Assembly (NCBI GenBank): GCA_965221165.1
Contig: CBDCRP010000002.1
Span: forward strand, 1,184,001-1,248,000
Direction of reading: 5' to 3'
DNA: 64,000 nucleotides
Source: a bacterium
GTDB taxonomy: Bacteria; UBA8248
The position numbers and the translations under genes are program-made. How positions within the stretch are numbered: the stretch's first letter is position 1; every line of letters starts with the position of its first letter. This document shows, piece after piece, positions 59,923-64,000 of this stretch. The notes beneath the pieces were generated by a model. It made no database searches. It worked only from the letters and a program-made list of their open reading frames with translations, and was not told the DNA's origin.

Positions 59923-60528
59923 CTACCGTACACCCTTGGGCTTGGGACGCGCCTTGCGCTTCGCAATCGCTTTTTTCATGTCGGCGCTCGATTTCCCGTT
60001 CGTCTCGATGCCGTACACCTCGCCCACGCGGGTGTGCTTGTCCATCAGGCGCATGAAGGAGATATCCGACAACTCGGCCAGCACCATCTCACACGTGCTG
60101 AAAATGGTGCATCCCTCCACCAGGTGACCGCCGAAGCACGTCGCCTCGGGCCGGCCCATCGATATGGTGACGTGGGCATGGAGGTAGGGCTCTCCAGCCT
60201 CGGTCTGCGTGATGTTGCCGCTCATCTGCAAAAGCTCGAGCGGGCCGTTGATGGGCGTGAAGATGCGGCACTCGTCGTTGATGGGAAACGGGTCGGGGAA
60301 CTGCCACACGTTTCTGAGCACCGCTTTTTGCAAGCTCGCCGCCACGCTCAGGATGACGCCCGCCTTCACGCCCTTCTCCTGGCATATCTTGAGCGTCGTG
60401 CCGAACAAATCGTCTCCCGGTGCCATGCGGATGGCCAGGACACGACCGATGCCGGCTTCGGCCACATCGTAGCGGGCCTTGCGGGTCTTCCAGTTGGAAT
60501 TATCGAAATTCGTCAATTTTCTCGCCAT
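59923..60528 (-). CDS. PPC/DUF296 domain protein
   Basis: RMAPGDDL, ELLQMSGNI, HAHVT, GGHL, TCE. Confidence 0.85.
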   Translation of the reverse strand: MARKLTNFDNSNWKTRKARYDVAEAGIGRVLAIRMAPGDDLFGTTLKICQEKGVKAGVILSVAASLQKAVLRNVWQFPDPFPINDECRIFTPINGPLELLQMSGNITQTEAGEPYLHAHVTISMGRPEATCFGGHLVEGCTIFSTCEMVLAELSDISFMRLMDKHTRVGEVYGIETNGKSSADMKKAIAKRKARPKPKGVR

Positions 60529-60660
60529 GGATACTCATTCTCCCTGAGAGGCATCTCGCCTCGCCTGTGAAAAGATGCGTTGAGTACAAAATTTTTGGGG
60601 TTATATCATGCCAGATGTCGAAACGCATTCTAAATCCGAACCCGCGAAATGAAAAACGTC

Positions 60661-61944
60661 TCAAACACTCGGCGCCTCGTAGCGGATTTCCCCGCCCGTG
60701 ACGGTGCAGGCGACGAACGCGCCTGCCTCGAATACGTCGCCCAGGTTCAAATCACCAGAACCGTGAGGCGGACAGACGGCGCAAAAATCAGCCGCGCCGC
60801 CCGGTTTCAAGACGCCCACGTTATCGAAGCCGAGCGCCTCGGCACCTGCGCGCGTGCACATCTCGAGCAGCTCGGCGTCGCTGATCTCCGCATCCGTCTC
60901 GCGAAGGGCCCGAGCCTCATCCAGAAGCGAGAGCGTGGGGCTGCTCGCCAGGCTGTCGGTTCCCAGGCACAGGTCCAGCCCCGCCTCGCGCATGCGCGCT
61001 GCATCGGCAAAGGGATGGCCGAAAAAACGAGCCGAGCGCGGACAAAGGCAAACGCGCACCCCGTTCTTCCTGAGCAGCACCCAGTCTTCCGCGTTGGTCT
61101 GATTCGCGTGCACGGCCAGAGCGAGGCCATCGAGCGCGCCCGCCAAGTCGAGATGGGCGACGGGCCTAAGACCCGAGGGATTGAAGCCGTCCAGAGAACC
61201 GTTCAACTCCCGGTGGACTCTCGCGAGCGCGCCGCCGCCGTCTCGTAAGAATTCGACCTCACCTGCGCTCTCGCCCAAGTGCGTCGCTACGGGCCAGCCC
61301 CTCTCCCTCGCCTCATTCAACACCGCGCGGTAGAGGGCGAGCGACGCGCTATAGGGCGCATGGGGGCTCAGTCCATGCCGGACGGCATTCGGAATCGCGC
61401 CTTTGTATTCCGGGAAAAAGGCCTGATCTTTGAGTTTTTTTGCCAGAATCTCATCGGCCTGGGCCGGGTCGAGCCCCAGCACCTCGTGAAACACCACGCC
61501 GCGCATCCCCGCGCCTGAAATCGCCGTCGCGCTCTCCCCCGAGGTCGAGACGTCGCCCACACAGGTGACGCCCGCCGCCAGACTCGTGGCGACGCCGATG
61601 CGGGCCGAGGCTAGAAAAAGATGGGCGGGCCAGCCTCTCATCTTGCGCACGAGGGAGACTATCCACTCCTCCATCGGGCCGGGATTACGCTCGACGCCTG
61701 AGAGTTCCAGGTGCGTGTGCGCGTTGACGAGACCCGGAATCAGGATCGCCCGGCCGAAATCGCGCTCCTCGGCCACCGGCTCGGTGGGACGCACGAAGGC
61801 CTCCTCGCCGACCGCCAGAACCCGGCCCGAGGACGTGAGCAACGCGCCGCGCCTGATGGGTGGCCCATTCACCGGACAGACGAGGTCCGCCAGCCAAAGC
61901 TCCATCTTCTGCGCTTGGGGGATGCGGGTCGGTTCCGTCGTCAC
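60661..61944 (-). CDS. Amidohydrolase, probable aminodeoxyfutalosine deaminase-like
   Basis: PGLVNAHTHLEL, SPHAPYS, THLGES, CPRS, LGTDSLAS; directly downstream of mqnC. Confidence 0.75.
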   Translation of the reverse strand: MTTEPTRIPQAQKMELWLADLVCPVNGPPIRRGALLTSSGRVLAVGEEAFVRPTEPVAEERDFGRAILIPGLVNAHTHLELSGVERNPGPMEEWIVSLVRKMRGWPAHLFLASARIGVATSLAAGVTCVGDVSTSGESATAISGAGMRGVVFHEVLGLDPAQADEILAKKLKDQAFFPEYKGAIPNAVRHGLSPHAPYSASLALYRAVLNEARERGWPVATHLGESAGEVEFLRDGGGALARVHRELNGSLDGFNPSGLRPVAHLDLAGALDGLALAVHANQTNAEDWVLLRKNGVRVCLCPRSARFFGHPFADAARMREAGLDLCLGTDSLASSPTLSLLDEARALRETDAEISDAELLEMCTRAGAEALGFDNVGVLKPGGAADFCAVCPPHGSGDLNLGDVFEAGAFVACTVTGGEIRYEAPSV

Positions 61945-61957
61945 GAGAGAAAAGTTG

Positions 61958-63037
61958 CTAGATCAATTCGTAGAAGAAATTGCGCCGCTTGGGCGTAAAA
62001 CCCGCATTTTGCGCCATGCGGTGGAGGTCGGCCTCGTTTAAGGCGTAGGTCGTGCCTGCGGCGCTCACGACGTTTTCCTCCAGCATGGTCGAACCCATGT
62101 CGTTGCAGCCGTAGTGCAGCGAAATCTCCCCGATCTTCATGCCCTGCGTCACCCAAGAGGATTGGAAGTTCAGGATGTTGTCCAGATACAACCGGCTGAT
62201 GGCTAGCATCCGCAAATACTCGCTGCTGCCCACCGTCTGGGCCTTGAGCGCCGCTGCGCCGTCGTTCTGGAACGTCCAGCAGATGTAGGCCGTGAAGCCA
62301 CCCGTCTCGTCCTGAAGCTCACGCAGGCGGTGAAGGTGCTCGACCCGTTCCGCATCCGTCTCCACATGACCGAACATCATCGTGGCGCTGGAGCGGATGC
62401 CGAGATTGTGGGCGACGCGCATGACCTCGAGCCAGCCCTCCGAGTTGACTTTCAGCCTCGATATCGTGTCGCGCACGCGGTCGACCAGAATCTCGCCGCC
62501 GCCTCCGGGCACCGAATCGAGACCCGCCGCGCGCAGGCGAGTGAGCACTACCTCGTAAGGCATGTCCTCGAGTCTGGCGATGTGGTGAATCTCCGGCGGA
62601 CTTAAGCCGTGGAGATGGAGGTCCGGAAACTCCCCCTTCATCCAGGAGAAGAGTTCCTCATACCATTCGATTCTGAGATCGGGGTGGTGTCCCCCTTGCA
62701 GGAGAATCTGCTTACCTCCCACGGCGTAGAGTTCATCTAGTTTTTGCTTTATTCCCTCGCGCGTCCTGATATAGGCCTCGGGATGATCGCCCGGCGGGCG
62801 GTAGAACGCGCAGAACGTGCAATAGACGTCGCACACGTTCGTGTAGTTGATGTTCCTGTCCACGCAATAGGTGGCGTAGCCCTCAGGATGCAGGCGCGCG
62901 CGCACGTCATCCGCCGCGGCCCCTAGGGCGACGAGGTCGTCGCCTTCGAGCAGGGCCAGACCCTCATCAAAGGAGAGCCGCTCTCCCACCGCTGCTTTTT
63001 CAATCGCCTCGTAAAACGCCGTCGTCGCCGTGGTCAT
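61958..63037 (-). CDS. mqnC: Cyclic dehypoxanthine futalosine synthase (radical SAM)
   Basis: DRNINYTNVCDVYCTFCAFYR, LLQGGHHP, PGGGGEIL, SATMMFGHVET, QSSWVTQG, GSTMLEENVVSAAG. Confidence 0.9.
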   Translation of the reverse strand: MTTATTAFYEAIEKAAVGERLSFDEGLALLEGDDLVALGAAADDVRARLHPEGYATYCVDRNINYTNVCDVYCTFCAFYRPPGDHPEAYIRTREGIKQKLDELYAVGGKQILLQGGHHPDLRIEWYEELFSWMKGEFPDLHLHGLSPPEIHHIARLEDMPYEVVLTRLRAAGLDSVPGGGGEILVDRVRDTISRLKVNSEGWLEVMRVAHNLGIRSSATMMFGHVETDAERVEHLHRLRELQDETGGFTAYICWTFQNDGAAALKAQTVGSSEYLRMLAISRLYLDNILNFQSSWVTQGMKIGEISLHYGCNDMGSTMLEENVVSAAGTTYALNEADLHRMAQNAGFTPKRRNFFYELI

Positions 63038-63090
63038 GGATTTCCTCTCACACCAGTTCAAGCCTTGGGAATAATGCGGGAGAGATACTA

Positions 63091-64000
63091 TCAGGTCAAC
63101 AGATGGAACCGGCGGAGCGAATCGCTTTCCCGCCCCAGCGCCACGTCGCGGGGATTCTCGATGGCGCGGATCGCGAGCGGCTCGGTGCGGTTTCTCACCT
63201 CGATCTGATGCCCGGGGAAGGCGGAGACGTCCACTCCTGCGCGTTCAGCCACCCGGGCCGAGATGACGAGCCGACAGCCGTATTCCTTGGTCAAATCCTG
63301 AAGGCGGCTGGCCGTGTTCACCGTATCGCCCACCGCCGTGAGATATTTGGCCACGCCCCGGCCCATCTCGCCCACCACGGTGGGGCCTGTGTGCACTCCG
63401 ATGCCGACGCGGAGGGGTTCTTCGAGTTCATCGGCGAACGCCTCACTCATCTCATCGATCGCGTCCACGATGGCGCAGGCCGCTGCGAGGGCCTGTCTGC
63501 AGCCCTCTTCGGGCCCTTCCTCGACGCCGAAGAGCGCCATGACGCCGTCTCCGACGAACTGGTTGATGAGTCCGCCCTCCTTCGTGATCGCCTCGCCCAT
63601 CGCCTCGAAATAGCAATTGAGGAAAAACACGACGTCATAGGGAAGTTTCTTCTCGGCGATGCGGGTGAAGCCCCTCAAATCGGCGAACAAGACGGCCACC
63701 CCGCGTTCCTGACCCGAGGCGTAGCCTTTTTGCGCAAAACCCTGCGCCGCATCCGCCCCGGCGGGCAGCATGAGCAGAACAGAGAGGTCCGTCCCCGGCC
63801 TCAACTGGCACGCCAGGCGAACGTCGGGAGCGGCCTTGATGCGCTCCAGAACGCGCCGTTCTTCTGGCTGCGCGGGTGGTAAGGCATCCGCCCCGCCCAG
63901 CAACTTCACGCGGCAGGTGGAGCAACGCCCGCGCCCCCCGCATACGGAGGCGTGCGGAACCCCGGCGGCGCGGCTCGCCTCCAGCACGGTGGAGCCCACA
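63091..64000 (-). CDS. Class III adenylate/guanylate cyclase with a 2Fe-2S ferredoxin domain (5' end beyond window)
   Basis: HASVCGGRGRCSTC...RLACQ; LFADLRGFT, GDGVMALFG, GIGVHTG, GDTVNTASRL. Confidence 0.9.
   Translation of the reverse strand, partial: VGSTVLEASRAAGVPHASVCGGRGRCSTCRVKLLGGADALPPAQPEERRVLERIKAAPDVRLACQLRPGTDLSVLLMLPAGADAAQGFAQKGYASGQERGVAVLFADLRGFTRIAEKKLPYDVVFFLNCYFEAMGEAITKEGGLINQFVGDGVMALFGVEEGPEEGCRQALAAACAIVDAIDEMSEAFADELEEPLRVGIGVHTGPTVVGEMGRGVAKYLTAVGDTVNTASRLQDLTKEYGCRLVISARVAERAGVDVSAFPGHQIEVRNRTEPLAIRAIENPRDVALGRESDSLRRFHLLT

Overview
Bacterial chromosomal window, GC-rich and gene-dense. I found no rRNA, tRNA, CRISPR array or intact transposase. The first 20 kb (minus strand) hold two tandem, divergent complex I operons: a complete nuoA-N, followed by a second operon nuoABCD-H-JKL(...) that has no nuoE/F/G or nuoI at their usual positions. 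The rest is accessory and housekeeping metabolism: PLP histidine decarboxylase-like + ACT protein; a REP/MITE-like repeat patch; an amidohydrolase-NifU-MFS-MFS-PrdB-like gene run; a two-gene Co-type nitrile/thiocyanate hydratase-like unit; tandem amidohydrolases; two CoA-transferase pairs; scpAB, panE, EVE, a KamA-like radical SAM gene, rluB, bioF, crcB, mqnC and a 2Fe-2S adenylate cyclase. The best hidden signals are two probable selenoprotein genes that the ORF track splits or misses. One is a GrdB/PrdB-like UxxC protein at 27406-28310, which also needs a -1 frame change. The other is a 90-aa AhpD/CMD-like CxxU protein at 59016-59288, with a near-consensus promoter, RBS and SECIS-like hairpin, co-transcribed with an ICMT-family methyltransferase. 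All product calls come from motif recognition by eye; no database search was run.
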